DNA of 64,000 nucleotides, from positions 14,694,001 to 14,758,000 of the forward strand of contig CM069164.1 in assembly GCA_035221665.1 (NCBI GenBank). The letters run 5' to 3'. This document shows positions 22,840 through 36,496 of the stretch, in pieces. Every line of letters begins with the position of its first letter. The stretch's first letter is position 1. Source of the DNA: Okamejei kenojei. Its lineage: Eukaryota. The notes under the pieces are model-generated. The model ran no database searches. It worked only from the letters and a program-made list of their open reading frames with translations, and was not told the origin of the DNA. The position numbers and the translations under genes are program-made.

Positions 22840-25800
22840 TTTTTTTTGTAATAATATTTTTATTAAAAGGAATCCATCATAACAACGGTATTACAACTTA
22901 TCAAATACACAACCAACTTATTTCAATAAGTATACGAATGTTATGAATAGTACTTATAAACTTCTATTTTTTTTTAAAGTAGAAAAAGAAAAGAATAGAT
23001 TTGAATCAATAAGAGTGGTGATTAAATAATAATTTTGATTATAAAGGAAGAGAAAACGAAAGAAGAGGAGAAAAAATATATATGTATATGTATATATTCT
23101 TGTTATATGTATTTAATTAAAATAAAGTATTATATAGAAAAAGAGAGAGATTATACTATACATCTTAATAGTGAATAACAATTTCAAATACAATATTAAT
23201 GGAGACATGTCAAATCAATATACAAATCAAAAAGAAAAACAAAGAGTTATTTTCATCTAATCCTGCCGGGTACCCATTGAGTTGTGATGCCAAGAACAGC
23301 TACCCCTTCAAATATTCTGTATATGGAGACCATATCTGTTCAAAGAGTTCGTATTTGTCCATTAGGACAAATCTGATTCTTTCCAAATGCAACGTCTCCA
23401 ACATTTCCACTGTCTACATTTTAATTGTGGGGGATAATGTTCCCTTCCAAAATTTCAATATAAATTTTTTCCCTATTATCAAACAGTAATCCAAGAAATT
23501 TCTTTGGTTTACTGTTAATGTTAGATTTGAATCCGGAACTCCTAATATTATTAATTTTGGATCTGGGTCTAGTTTAATTTTAAGAACTTCAGAAATAACT
23601 CTAAAGATTTCTATCCAATAATAATTACGTTTTATACATGTTACAAAACTATGCGTTAAATTAGCTTCCAAGTTCTGACATTTATCACAAATAGGAGAAA
23701 TGTTAGAATAAATTCTATTTAATTTCGTTTTTGAGTAATGTAATCTGTGTAATACCTTAAATTGTATCAATATATGTCTAGCAACGATGTATACATTGTA
23801 GACTTTCTTCCCAAATTTCCTTCGTTATAGATAAACCCATTTCATTTTCCCATGTTTGTCGATATATTTCCGAAGTTGGGATTTCCTTATCCAAAATAGT
23901 ATTATATATATACGCTATTAATTTTTCTGTATTTGGGTGTTTATTAAACAATTCATCTAATAATCCTGGTTTTCTATTTTTATAGTCTTGCGTATTTGAC
24001 AATATAATTTCTAATTTGTAAATACCTAAATATGTTATTTGACTGCAATCCATAGATATCCTGTAACTCTTGAAATGAGAGAAATTTTCCTTCCTTATAA
24101 AGGTGTTCTATCCTTTTAATTCCTAAATCATTCCAATGTTTAAACCCCTTGTCCAATATAGAGGGCTTAAACAAAAGATTATTCATAATTGGCAAACAAA
24201 GTGACAAATTATCCATATGTAGGGTCTTAACTATTTGTTTCCAAATACGTCTATTGCTATGAATTATAGGGTTGTTACCATACATTTTTTTTTGTACTTC
24301 CCTTGGTGCAAAAAGAATCAAACCTACATCAAAAGGCAAACAGTCTTCCTTTTCCATCTTTAGCCAGCTTGGTTCATGATCTAAATTTACCAACCAAAAA
24401 TTCATATTCTTAATCTGAACTGCCCAGAAATAATATAGGAAATTTGGTAGTGCTAGTCCACCATTTATTTTAGATTTACATAGATGTTTTTTTACTTATT
24501 CGATGGTTTTTATAGTCCCAAATAAAACTATTAACCAAAGTATCTATATTTTTAAAAAACATTTTAGGGAGATATAAGGGGATTGCTTGAAATAAATATA
24601 ACAATTGTGGTAAAAAAAATCATTTTTATAGCATTTATTCTACCGATCATTAATATAGGTAGTGTTTTCCAATATAAAAATATATTTTTTTAGTTTGTTT
24701 TAATAATTGAGGGTAATTATATTTAAATAGACAGTTATATGATTTAGATACATTAATTCCTAGATATTTGAGTTTGTCCGTAACTATTTTAAGTGGGAAT
24801 TGTTCTAATATATTTAATTTTATTCCAGTTATAGGCATAATTTCACTTTTATTCCAATTAATTCTATACCCAGAAAATGTACTAAACTTAGTTATAACAT
24901 TAAATAGATTAGGAATACTAATCTCCGGTTTTGTAATATAAATTAAGATGTCGTCTGCGTATAGAGATATTTTATTCGTTGTAGTTTTGGTATTATATCC
25001 ATATATATTATATTTCTGGTTCTGATCTAATCCTTTCGGCTATTGGTTCTATTACCAGAGCAAATAGTAATGGTGATAACGGGCATCCTTGTCTACAACC
25101 CCTAAAGAGTTTAAATTTTGCTGATAGCATTTGATTTGTTAATATTCTTGCAGTTGGATTCGAGTATATGATTTTTACCCATTTGGAGAATATATCCCCC
25201 AGTTGAAATTTCTGCATTATTTTAAATAAATATGGCCATTCAACCTGGTCAAATGCTTTTTCAGCATCTAAGGACATGACAGCTAGTTCAGTATCATTCA
25301 CTCTTTTTGAGTACATGACATTGAATAGACGTCTCAGATTATAGGATGAATAGCGTTTTGGAATAAAACCTGTTTGGTCATGATGTATTAATTTATTAAT
25401 CACTAAACTTAGCCTCTGAGATAAAATTTTAGTTAGTATTTTTTGATCAGTATTTAAAAGAGCTATTGCTCTGTATGATCCAGGGTCTTCCAAATCTTTA
25501 TCAGCTTTAGGGATAAGTGTAATTGTAGACTCATTTAATGATTCTGGTAACTTTCCTTGTTCATAAGCATATTTATATATTGTATGTAAGCGTGGAGAGA
25601 TCAGATCATGAAACTTCTTATAAAATTCAACACCTAAGCCATCAGAGCCTGCCGCTTTTCCGTTATTTAATGATCCAATTGATTCTTCAATATCTTTTAC
25701 TGATATATCAGCGTTTAACAAGTCTCTACCTTCCTGATCTAAACTATTAACCTGACATTCTTGTAGGAATGTTTCCATTCCATCTGATTGTCCTGCTAGT

Positions 25801-26753
25801 TTAGATAAGTAAAGATTTTGATAATATTGTAAAAATGTATCATTGATATCTTTTGGTAAAGTCAATATTTCTCCTTGATCAGATCTAATTTTATGTATCA
25901 TTTTCTCCTCATCTAATTTTCTAAGCTGTCGTGCCAGTAATTTTTGTGGTTTATCCCCAAATTCAAAATGTACTTGTTTAGTCTGTTGAAAAAGTTTAAT
26001 AATCTGATTTGAGTATATTTTATTTAGCTTGTATTTTAATGATGCAATTTTATTACTTAATCCCTTAGAAGGGGATATTGCATTTTCAATATCTAATAGT
26101 TTTATTTCATTTTCCAACTTTTGTTGAGTCTTTCAATTTTCTTTATTAAAATATGCTTGTGCTGATATTATCGCACCACGCATAAATGCTTTAAATGTAT
26201 CCCAGAGCAATGATGGTGAAATTCCAGGTTTGTCATTAGTTTCAAAAAATAATTTAATCTGTTTTACCAAGTGATCATAACAAGCCCTATCCTTTAATAT
26301 TTGGGGGTTGAGTCTCCAGTTAGAGGTTTTAATAATTATATCTTTTAATTTTATCTTAAATGTTAATGGAGCATGATCCGAGATAATAATATTTGGAACG
26401 AGTAGGTTCCAAATACAGGTGAAAAGAATGAATATTCTCGACCAGATGGGTTATCAGTTCTCCAGATATCCTTAACGTTTGCTGTGTTAATAAAAGAATT
26501 TATAAATGTATTTCACTTAGAAGTGGTTTTCCTTTTCGTTGATGATCTATCTAAATAATTATCTAAGGTACAATTAAAATCTCCTCCAATTATTAGATTA
26601 TGTTGAGTGGATATAGGGATATTGTTAAATATTTTCTTGAAGAATAATGGATTATCAAAATTAGGACCATATATATTCATAAGGATTACTTTTTTAGAAT
26701 ATAATTCACCTGTAATTATTATATATCTACCCTCAACATCTTCTATTATTGAG
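22840..26753 (-). mobile_element. 5'-truncated L1-clade LINE (ORF2: partial APE endonuclease, RT, C-terminal zinc knuckle), multiply frameshifted
   Basis: NIYGPN and GGDFN (EN); YRAIALLNTDQKIL, LDAEKAFD, GCRQGCPLSPLLF, YADD at ~24950 (RT); CDKC...H...C. Short poly(A) at 22840 and TSD ctttgactttc at 22829-22839 and 26754-26764. Confidence 0.95.
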
Positions 26754-26868
26754 CTTTGACTTTCATTGGCATAACTTTGGTCCTTAAAGTTTCCAAATGT
26801 GATGGAAAGACTGGAGGAAAGACTGGGTGCCGAGAGCTCTCTTATCACCTGCATCAAGTAGGCAATTA
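26754..26868 (-). mobile_element. 5' remainder of the Tc1 interrupted by the L1
   Basis: Removing the L1 restores RTKVMPMKVKEAIMR, leading into the transposase N-terminus. The right boundary is approximate and I could not find the second TIR. Confidence 0.65.
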
Positions 26869-28179
26869 GTGATTAATTGACTCAGATGGACACATGAACA
26901 GCCATGGAACAGAGGGATACGGACTATGTGCAGACAGATGAGATTAATTTAATTTGGCATAATGGTCGGTACAGACATGTTGGGCTGTAAGGCCTGTTAA
27001 TGTGCCATCATAATCTATGTTCTATTTCCATGAAACACAGAAGGTCACTCTCACATACTCAAGAGTCTCAAACTTCCTGTTATTCCAACTGCACTCAGGT
27101 ACTAGAAGCAGAGTCCAGGCTATGCTGTGAAATTAGCCTGCTGCTGAACTTGCAGCAGATTCGTTTTGGTGGAGGCTCAGAAACTGCTTCATCCCACTGG
27201 GGAGAATGGCTCCGAGGGAGCGAGGTAAGCTTCAGATAACTTACATTGGTTTAATTACGTAATCAGTAAATTCAATGCATTTAAATATTTTAAAGTCGCT
27301 TTTGGTGTTTCAAATAATTATATTACTAGTTTTCTTGATAGTATGACTATTTTTCCTTTGTTTTAAATGTTTGTGAATGTTAAGATTTTTAATATTTTGA
27401 CATCTGCTAAGACTTGGGCATGGCTGAGCTGGATGTGGGAAGTCTGCTGGCAGCACCGGGACCAGCAGATTGACAGCATGGACAAGTTGGGCTGAAGAGC
27501 CTATTTTCATGCTGTATAACTCTATGACTTTATTGGGAGCAGATTTTGGCACTGAGCTGCCACAGGATGCCACCAGAGAAAGCGGCTTGCTGCTCACCAA
27601 TGTGCGCACAATGTAATGGCTAGTGGGTGAGTGTGGCCATTACTTCGTACTGTGTACTGTGGGTATTGAGCCATCAGAAAAGGTACAAGGATTTACCAGC
27701 ATGTGAACTGAGAAGTTATGACTATCAGTAAATTATGCACAACCTGGCTTTTTTCCTCTGAAAGAAGAATATCTGGGAGTGACTGGATAAACATATTTAA
27801 TGATATGAAGGAGATCAACAGATAAGCTACATACTCTCCAGGACCGGAGGTCATAGATCTGAGAATCACTGCTAAATTCAATGGGTTTATCCTGAAGGCA
27901 AAGGAACATAAAATGTATAGTTGTAAACAAATGTTTTTCGGACAGTGAGAGGGGGAAGTTTATAATGATAAAACCATGTGGTGTGGGAAAGCAATTATGA
28001 AGCAATTGTGGAGAGAAACAAAATTATTACCTCAGATTGATAACATTTCCTCAGAATATTAATGCAAATTCATCAGAATTCTACCAGGGCTTAGAGTTAA
28101 GTTGTGAGAATAAGTATATAAATCTTGCTGGTAAACCACTGAGCTCCCACTCACAGAAATAATCGAAAGATAACGTGAA

Positions 28180-28480
28180 TGAAAAGGGTCATGTCTTACA
28201 GGTGACAAAGGTGATTGATGAGGGTAGGGCAATGGATGTTATCCGCATGACCTTTGGTGCGGCATTTGATAAAGTCCCACATGGTAAGCTGATACAGAAG
28301 ATGCATGGGATCCACAGTGACTTCATGGTATGGATTCGGAACCGGCTTACCCATATCAGAGAGAAGTGGTGGAAGGGTATTATTCTAGCCAGAGGTCCAG
28401 TGGTGTTTCGCAAGGATCAATGTTGAAACCTCAGTGGTTTGTGACATAGAAAAATGACTTGGACAAAAATATAGATGGAA
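28180..28480 (+). mobile_element. CR1-clade RT fragment
   Basis: IDEGRAMDVI...AFDKVPHGKL (ORF 28175..28426). Confidence 0.75.
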
Positions 28481-30554
28481 AAAGAGACACAAAGTACTGG
28501 AATAATTCAGCAAGTCAGGCAGCATCTCAGGAGGACATGGGTTTGTAGGTTAATTTGCCTCTGTAAAATTGCCACTAATGTGTAGGCAGTGGGATAACAT
28601 TGTACTAGCGTTGACAGGTGACCAAAGGTTGGCGTGGACTAGGTGGGTCGAAGGCTCTGTTTCCATGCTGTATCTCTAAAACTCTTATTTTAACATTATG
28701 TACAAATGATTTTGAAGTTGAATGTCTCTTCGTGCCATTTAAGCTTTATAAAATCCAGGTTATCAGGTAACAGAAAAGAAACTACGTGAAATATTAAACA
28801 GTGATTTGTCACATTTGACATGTAATTCGATGAGTTGGGAGGATAGTTAAGTCACTGGTAATTAAAATGTTCCAACAATTTTGTGCCAATAGGAAACAAA
28901 TTAATACATTTAAACCTATTAAATTCTCCTGACCTGCACAGGAGATCGTGATGTGATGGAAAGGACTGACTCAAAGGGGTAAAGAATAAACTGTCCTCGA
29001 ACTGCTTCCAATTGAAACGGGCCATTGATATCAAACTTGTGCTCAAGTTCTATCGGACAGCATGAAAGGATTCCTGCTCCTGATTGTTACTGGTAGTTGG
29101 CTCTCTATAATTTGAGAAATTATGGAGTTCGATTTGATTTTATACACCACTCACTCATGGGCAAGAGTCCTACAGATTGAGAGTCATTGCCGACACTACG
29201 TTTGTGTGGGAACAAATAAACATTATGTCAGAGTATTTGATATGGAGTGTGCATAATCCAGCGCATTCATGGATCCATTCAGCCCATTGGATCCATGCAT
29301 GCTGACAGAGGGCAATTTTATTAGTCCAATTTTCCTTCTTCATACCTCCCTGTAACCCTACTTATTCTTTCCATATTCCATTCATTCCCCTTAAAAAAAT
29401 GTTAAAATATGTACATTAAGGTCTAATTTAATGAAGCCAATTAACAATCAGCATGTCTTTGGGATGCGGGAAGAAAGCAGAGAAGTTGAAGAAAACCCAT
29501 TGAGTAAGAGGGAGAATGTGCAACCTACACATACACAACACCTGGGCTTCTGGAGCAGTGAGGTTACCTTAACTGACACCTGTTTGAAGACACAACAGGC
29601 ATAATTGTCTCTGTGCAACAACTGCAAGATAAATCAAGGAAGAGCATCAACCACTGTACTTGGCTATTTTTGACCTCACTAAACTTTTTCTGTTAATTGA
29701 GAGATTAAAACAATTAGTGATTGGGCCTCCCTTGTGGTACAGAATTCTAGATTCTTCTTTCTTTGGATGGAAATAATCCCCATTTTCAATCCTAAATTAC
29801 CTACCCAGTATCCTTGGGATGCAGCTGTTGATGAGTGTCACATAGGCTCATCAGTCACCTCACAATCCATTGTATGGTGTTTTGCAATTTATCTTCTACC
29901 CCGAAGGTTGATAATGGTTCATTTTATTCCACTAGATAGGCCTACAAAAGGAAACAGGTAACCAAAAACATACAACCACCAGAATCCCAACAGCACATTG
30001 AAATTACTTTATTACCCAAGTACATGGCTTTGTATGACTCATTCAAGTCTCCTGAATTCCATCTTCATTGGGATTAAACTGAAAGATGTGTGTGTCTCTT
30101 GTATCTGCAACACCCTCAGGACACCTCAAATCAATTTACAGCCAATGAAGTACTTTTAAGGCATAATCAAAAAAGAGTTAATTTAGAAAATACAGCAGCC
30201 AATTTGTGCACTGAAACTGCTTTCAGTGAGAAATGAGAATGACCCGTTCAACTACTGGCCAGCAGGTAGGATGGAATCCCTCTGTTCTTCTTCAATATAG
30301 TGCATTGAAACCTTTAACATCCTTTCGAGACAGCAGACAGACTTAACATCTCATCTCACCTCCACAGTGCAGCATTTTGTCAGAACCACAAAATTCTGTA
30401 TTGATACCTGAACACACAGCATAACGGTTCATAGTAGTGTTACCCATTGAAACGTAGCACTTTAAATCTCGAGGGAGTGAAGCCTTAAAGATAGGTAACA
30501 ATCAAAATAAAATGAAAAACACAATGCAAGAAGCAAAAACATTTCATTAAAAAA

Positions 30555-30560
30555 TTTATT
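30555..30560 (-). terminator. Candidate distal polyadenylation signal of CTDSPL2
   Basis: AATAAA followed on the minus strand by a U/GU-rich tract (tgtttttgcttcttgcattgtgtttttcattttattttg). Confidence 0.5.
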
Positions 30561-32629
30561 GATTGTATATACTTTTCAATAGTAACAAAAGCAAACATTG
30601 CTCATCATGAGCATTGTTTGATTACTCCAATGTGAGATAATTGTTCAGAAAGCTATGAGGTTTGCCTATGGTCATTCAACCTTGATTGGTACACGTTGCA
30701 GTCCACATCAAAAGAGTTGATTGATCTTTTCTTATTCCAGATTTAATATTCACATTTTCCCATGTTACTACCAAAAAAAAACTAGCACAAAGTCAATGAT
30801 GCTAATTTCAGACTATAGCAGTCTGACATTTATAGTCAATTTTACAGGTGTGGAAAGTTAAAGGAATATAAACTTGGTCAGATATGACTTTGGAGACATG
30901 TAGAAAATGTTAAGATTCCAAAATGTAGACAGTGGCATTAGAATTAACCATTATACAAAAGGTAGAGAAACAATCCTTTCACAAGTTCCGGAGTGTCAAT
31001 TAAAAGCAGTGCAATCTAAACGATGGGCTTAATTTTCATGTTTACTTTAGACCTATATTAATATAAAGGTGTTGACCCTTCATGTGTTACAATCCCACAT
31101 TATCTTGCCTAAGTTACATGTAAGCTTGCAGGCTATTCCCATTGCCAGCTATCCTGGCAGTCCTGCTCTTTGACATCACAGAGACACCAGATGTTATTAC
31201 AGCGTGTCATTTATTACAGTGTACATAATCTTCACTATCAATTTTTCAAATAGAGATACCCGCATACCTTCTCACTCTCATCCACCACCTAGACCCTGAT
31301 CTCCTTCCTCTATGCTGATGAAACGATTCCTCATCTCTATGGTGCACCTTCTCCTAATCAAATATTGTGAGAGCTTTGAATAGAGAACATTGAGAGGAGA
31401 CTTGAGATAATGATGGTTCCAAACAGTATAAATAACGAGAAGCAGTTCCCATTAGAAGGTAAAGATTACTGGGGAATGCTAGGGAAGTATCTTTTTAAAA
31501 GATCAAGTGAGCTTCTGGGTTGGAACTCACTGCTTGCATTGATTGTTAAAAACAGGTTTTTGAGAGGGAAGTGGAAAGGAACTTGACGGAACGCTGTTCG
31601 CAGGCCTGCAGGATAAGGTGAATAGCTCTGTGCAGCATGGACCTGAGGGTAGAGTGGCCCCTCCTATCCCCTAACAAATATGTGAGCTGAGATTTTCTGC
31701 CTAATGTTCACCCCAGTACATTTACAGCATGCAGGATTCTTAACTGTTTGGAGGGGGAGAAGAGGGGGTGGGGCAGGAGGGGAAGGCACCTACCATTTAA
31801 TCCTTTTGAAGAGCGCCTGTGAAGCTGTGGTGACAGGCCGCAGCCCAGGGTTCAAGAACTCATTCTGCTAATGTTATAACAATCACAAAAGACTGAACAG
31901 CTTGGGATAATTTTCTCATGGAAGTGAAGGCTGAAGGATGGTCTGGTCTTCAGGTCACAAAATGCTTCAAAAAAACTTATTCAGACGTTTCCACACTTAA
32001 ATCAAGCTCTCAGAAATATAAACTAACAAATGAATTCAGGTCATACACATTTGCCGAGACAGTGGTGGGAATGTGGAAACCAATCCCCCAGGGAGTGGTT
32101 GCGGTAATGGCAGTTTAAGGGGGAAGCGAGTAGAAAAGAACATTGATAGGCTCTGATAAAGTGGGTTGGGAGAATATTAGCATGATGAGTTTGCCAGCAG
32201 AGCCAGTTTCAAAACTGCACATTCTCTGTAATTCAAACAGAACATTTTTTCAATGTCCAGGGACTCCACCTGGCTTGCATGATTACCATGTCAGGTAATA
32301 TGCGGGCAGAGGATCAATATTCAGAGAGAGGAGAAGATCCAGTGTGAAAATGATGGACATGGTGCTTTCATGTGCAGCCTGCATGAATTCATTTCATGAC
32401 AAATGTAAACCAGCTAGTTGAAGTCTGATTTCAGCAGGATCCAAGTACAAGCCAAACACTTGCATGAACACAGAGAAGACCCGATACCTCTGCCAGGTGG
32501 TCATTAAACAGAGCAGAGTATCAAATGGTTGAACACTGACAGTAGTGGAATTAATCACAGCTCTAAAAAAATCCAGATGCATCCAATTCCAGTTCAAGTT
32601 GGTGGCTGGTGGGGAGTAGAGACGGAGTG

Positions 32630-32955
32630 CACTGTGGCACTGCTAGCAGCAGCAAAAGCCGGGGTTTCATCCTGACCTCAGGTGCTGCCTGTGTGGAGTT
32701 TATGTTCTCCCTGTGCTGTGTAATCTTTTCTGGGTGTTCTAGTTTCCTTTCATATCCTAAGGACTTGCAAGTTGGTAGGTTAGTTGACCACTGTAAATTT
32801 CCCACCGTGAGTAGGTAGAATATTATGGGAACTGATAAGAATGTGGGGAGAATAAAAATGGGATGAATGTAGGGTCAGTGTAAATGGATGGTTGAAGGAC
32901 AGCGTGGACGGTGGGATGAAGGACCTGTTTCCATATTGTTTATCTCTACGACTCT
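32630..32955 (+). mobile_element. Older tRNA-derived SINE of the same family
   Basis: gtgtggagtttatgttctccctgtg central block and a 3' cctgtttcc...tatctct tail. Confidence 0.65.
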
Positions 32956-33916
32956 ACTTTGACCATTTCATCAACTGATGAGGGAGGGCAAAATTGAAGC
33001 ATTGTAATGACTTCTACCACCACAGCCCTGATCAGCTAAATTGACAGTGAACAAGATCACACTATGAGATGTGCTATCTGATTTAGCTGCATTACTAAAT
33101 AAAGTTGGCTCTACAACTGGAACACAGATATACTAGAACAAGTAGCTGCCAGTAAGTACCTCGAGTTTTTGTTCCTGTTTGAAGAGATCAGGGGCCATCA
33201 GTGACAAAACTCCATAAACCCACATTTGGACGCTGTGCCCTTTGGTGAACAAAATTCTTAGCCTCAATTTATGAATTAATAAATGAAGAAAAGCAACTGC
33301 CATTTTTAAATTTATAGAAATATTTCCTAACTTCAACCCTGAGAGGCCTGGGCCTATTTTTTTAGACGTCTCACAAGTCCTAGTTTCCTACCAGTTACCC
33401 TTAACATCCTAAAAAACTTTGTTCAAATAACCCCAACCTGCTGAATTCTCGGGCATGCAAAGATTGAGAGAGAATTGAAGAAGTTGCCCATACAACAATA
33501 TTATCTATATCTTTGAGAATTGCTTCTACTGAAAACATAACTTCTTAAAACAAAGTGAGAAGAATGTACAGGAGGCGCATTCTCTGTTCTCTCCTGATGA
33601 AAATAATGTTTTTATCTTGTGTTGACTCTTTGCTTTATCCCAAATGGGATAAATATCATTATAATCTTCCTGCTTTTGCTGAATTAAGGCATCAAGTGCA
33701 AAACACAAAGTTGGAGCATTTTTTTTGTTACAGAAAAGCGGAGGCAGTGATCGTTAATCTTTTGAAAGAAAATTGATCAGATTATTTTGACAGAGGAAGG
33801 TGCAGGCTGATGACAAGAGAGCCCAAGTAGAGGGATTAGGTTTGGATTACTTGATGCAGAATTTGCAAAATTTCAAAATGTTTGTAACATTTGTAAAAGT
33901 AATGTACTGTACATTT

Positions 33917-33922
33917 TTTATT
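33917..33922 (-). terminator. Candidate proximal polyadenylation signal of CTDSPL2
   Basis: AATAAA on the minus strand at the end of a ~2.2-kb repeat-poor, AU-rich stretch after the stop. Confidence 0.45.
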
Positions 33923-36089
33923 TCAATAAAGACAAAATGACAAACAGCATAAAGAAAGATGCCCAGATGCCCTACGGTATTTAAATACATCTCAAAGGTT
34001 ATCATTAAAGTGAATCTGTAGTAAATAGATTCCTGCAAGCAAAATACCTTTCTTTAAATACAAAATCAGTATTTCTCTGAAATGCAAACGCTTTTCAAAT
34101 TATTTTCTGCAGAAAAACCTGCCATGATTAAAATATTTAATGGATAAAAGGGTTTTTCTTCCTCCCCACAAAAAACAGGCTTATTTCTACATGCTAGATT
34201 TTAACATTTCAGTGTCACAATGTGCTAACTACATACACAATAGATAATAGTAAGAAAAACGCTCAACCTGATGAAAAGTTAAAATCTTCATTAATACACT
34301 GAAAAAGTAGACATAACTCATGCCTTTCATAAAATCAAAAATACAAAAATTAAACCGCTTTCTTTAAAAAGATTTCTCCTTACTTTAAGGATTTTTTTAA
34401 ATGAAGCTGCATGTAGTTTTGTACAAGAAAGTTTTGTACAAGTAAATTGGTAATATACATAAAAAAATTTAACTGCCATCCTCATTCATGTGCTGCTCAC
34501 CTTTGCTACCACACACCTCGTCCTGAACAATCTACAGTTCTAAGGAAATGCACCTAGCTCCTGTCCGCAATAAAAAGTGCTGCTTTTTCCAGTTTCCTTA
34601 GAAAATGAGTCCATGGCGATGCCTGTGGCTTATCAATGCAGTCTAGAGGCAATTCATGCAATGCTCCTTCGATTAAACAATACCGTGGAAAAAGTAAGCC
34701 AGGGGAAGGATTGGGAGAGAGGAGACAATTTTTTTAAAAACGGGAATAACAATCTAGTTTACTTTTGGGAAGAATGGCAACAAGAGGGAGAGAAAGGGGA
34801 GAGAGCAGTCGGAACACAGTCTCTGTTTGGCTTACACTGCCATTTTCCTGCCACCACTGATCATGCTTCCACCACATTTACCCAAATGATGGCAGGTGAA
34901 GTATTGTGACAGTGGATATAAAAAGCTGATCAGACATTGAGTCCTGCACCTGTTAGATATGATCACCTGCAATAGTTTCCCCCCTACTTCTTCCCAGCCC
35001 ATTTCCCATTCTTCCCTCTGCCTCATCCAGGCGAAGACTGTACAATTTATGAATTAAAAATTAAGTTTGTAAAGTTAGAATGTCTGTATCATGTCTCTCC
35101 CTTTGTACTCTCACCCTTTCTCTTAACAGGTCACATCTACTGTGGGTGAGAATTTCTGTTCTTTAATTAATATAAATAAACTTGTACGTTACGAAAGTGA
35201 TTTATTTTGACTAACCTATAGATTTATCATTTTATTTTAACAAATATACATTACTTCACAGCCTGTCAAAGCAGGAAGGTGGTGATTCAAATTAGATATG
35301 ATTCTTTCTTGTTTGGGAATTGGAGGTGGTCATGGAGGCGGGAGGCATTCTACATTACATTATAGTTAAAAGGAATGCTTTTATAATTGGATATTATTTC
35401 ATATACTAGGAAAACATAAAAGCCTAAAACCTGAACCATAATTTTTTTTGTATCTTTTATAACATACTGGCCATTCCTGTTGAAATGAGACCTGCATTTT
35501 AAAAAGTGGGTAAAGACCACTTTATAAAGCACCACCCAGAGGAAATATAGTCAGCATTCTCCTCCTATGTAAACCTGTGATAATACAAGTTAAGCAAAAT
35601 GCTGGTGGCAAAAACAGAAGTACATTTAACAGAAGTACTAACGGTGTTAGTTTTGTGTCACAAAGGAAAGTGCCAACTATTGACAGTCAAAGTCTCATCA
35701 ACATGTATTGCAACAGACCACAGCATTTCACACTTGTTACCAGCAAACTGTCTTTAGAAGCACATTAAACAGGACAACAGAATATCTATTGCGTGCTGTA
35801 CATGTGCTATCGGGATCTGCACATTCAGATTTTTTGACTGCATATACCGTTTCTTATTTTGTTTTGTTTTTAAACCCTGCAATATCCTTTCCTGTTCCAA
35901 ACCATCTTAAATCTTTGAGACTGAGTTCACTCTCTGCAACCCCTTGGTTAATTGTGGGTGTCCAAGACAAGGAAAGCAAGACGAGGTACAAATATGCAAA
36001 TTTCAACAGTAATGGCAATGTCTTGTAGTCCAAAGGGTCCTGCTTTTGATTTCTCCGCCCCCTTCAGAGATGGTGTTGGCCACATGTTC

Positions 36090-36155
36090 TTAATCCGGAG
36101 GGAGCAAATCATGCAAACGAAATTTCTCTCTGATGTGGGGTCGAACATCTTCATT
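36090..36155 (-). CDS. CTDSPL2: CTDSPL2 last coding exon ([21 protein letters not shown])
   Basis: ctctctcag|AAT GAA GAT...GAT TAA; conserved C-terminus. Confidence 0.96.
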   Translation of the reverse strand, partial: NEDVRPHIREKFRLHDLLPPD

Positions 36156-36496
36156 CTGAGAGAGAAGTATATTAGAAGAATGAGCTCAATTTAAATTTGG
36201 TTCTGATGGTTCATTAGCACCCAGTGAAATCTCCAGTGGTGTTACCACAGTGTGTGCCGGGAAGCAGTTTGTGCAAATTTCTTCAAAGTGCGTTCAAGCT
36301 GTTTTTAGCACAGATATGAATATCTATAGAAGCGCTATCCATTGGTCAAACTGTGCAGCTGAGGGCATGACTGTGATGTTCAAATAAGCACATCTGGTAT
36401 AATAAGTACATTTAACATTTTATTTCTATATATACGATTTGCCAAATGCCTGGATTTAAATACATTTAAGAATAATTATTTTTATCTGCCTAATAA

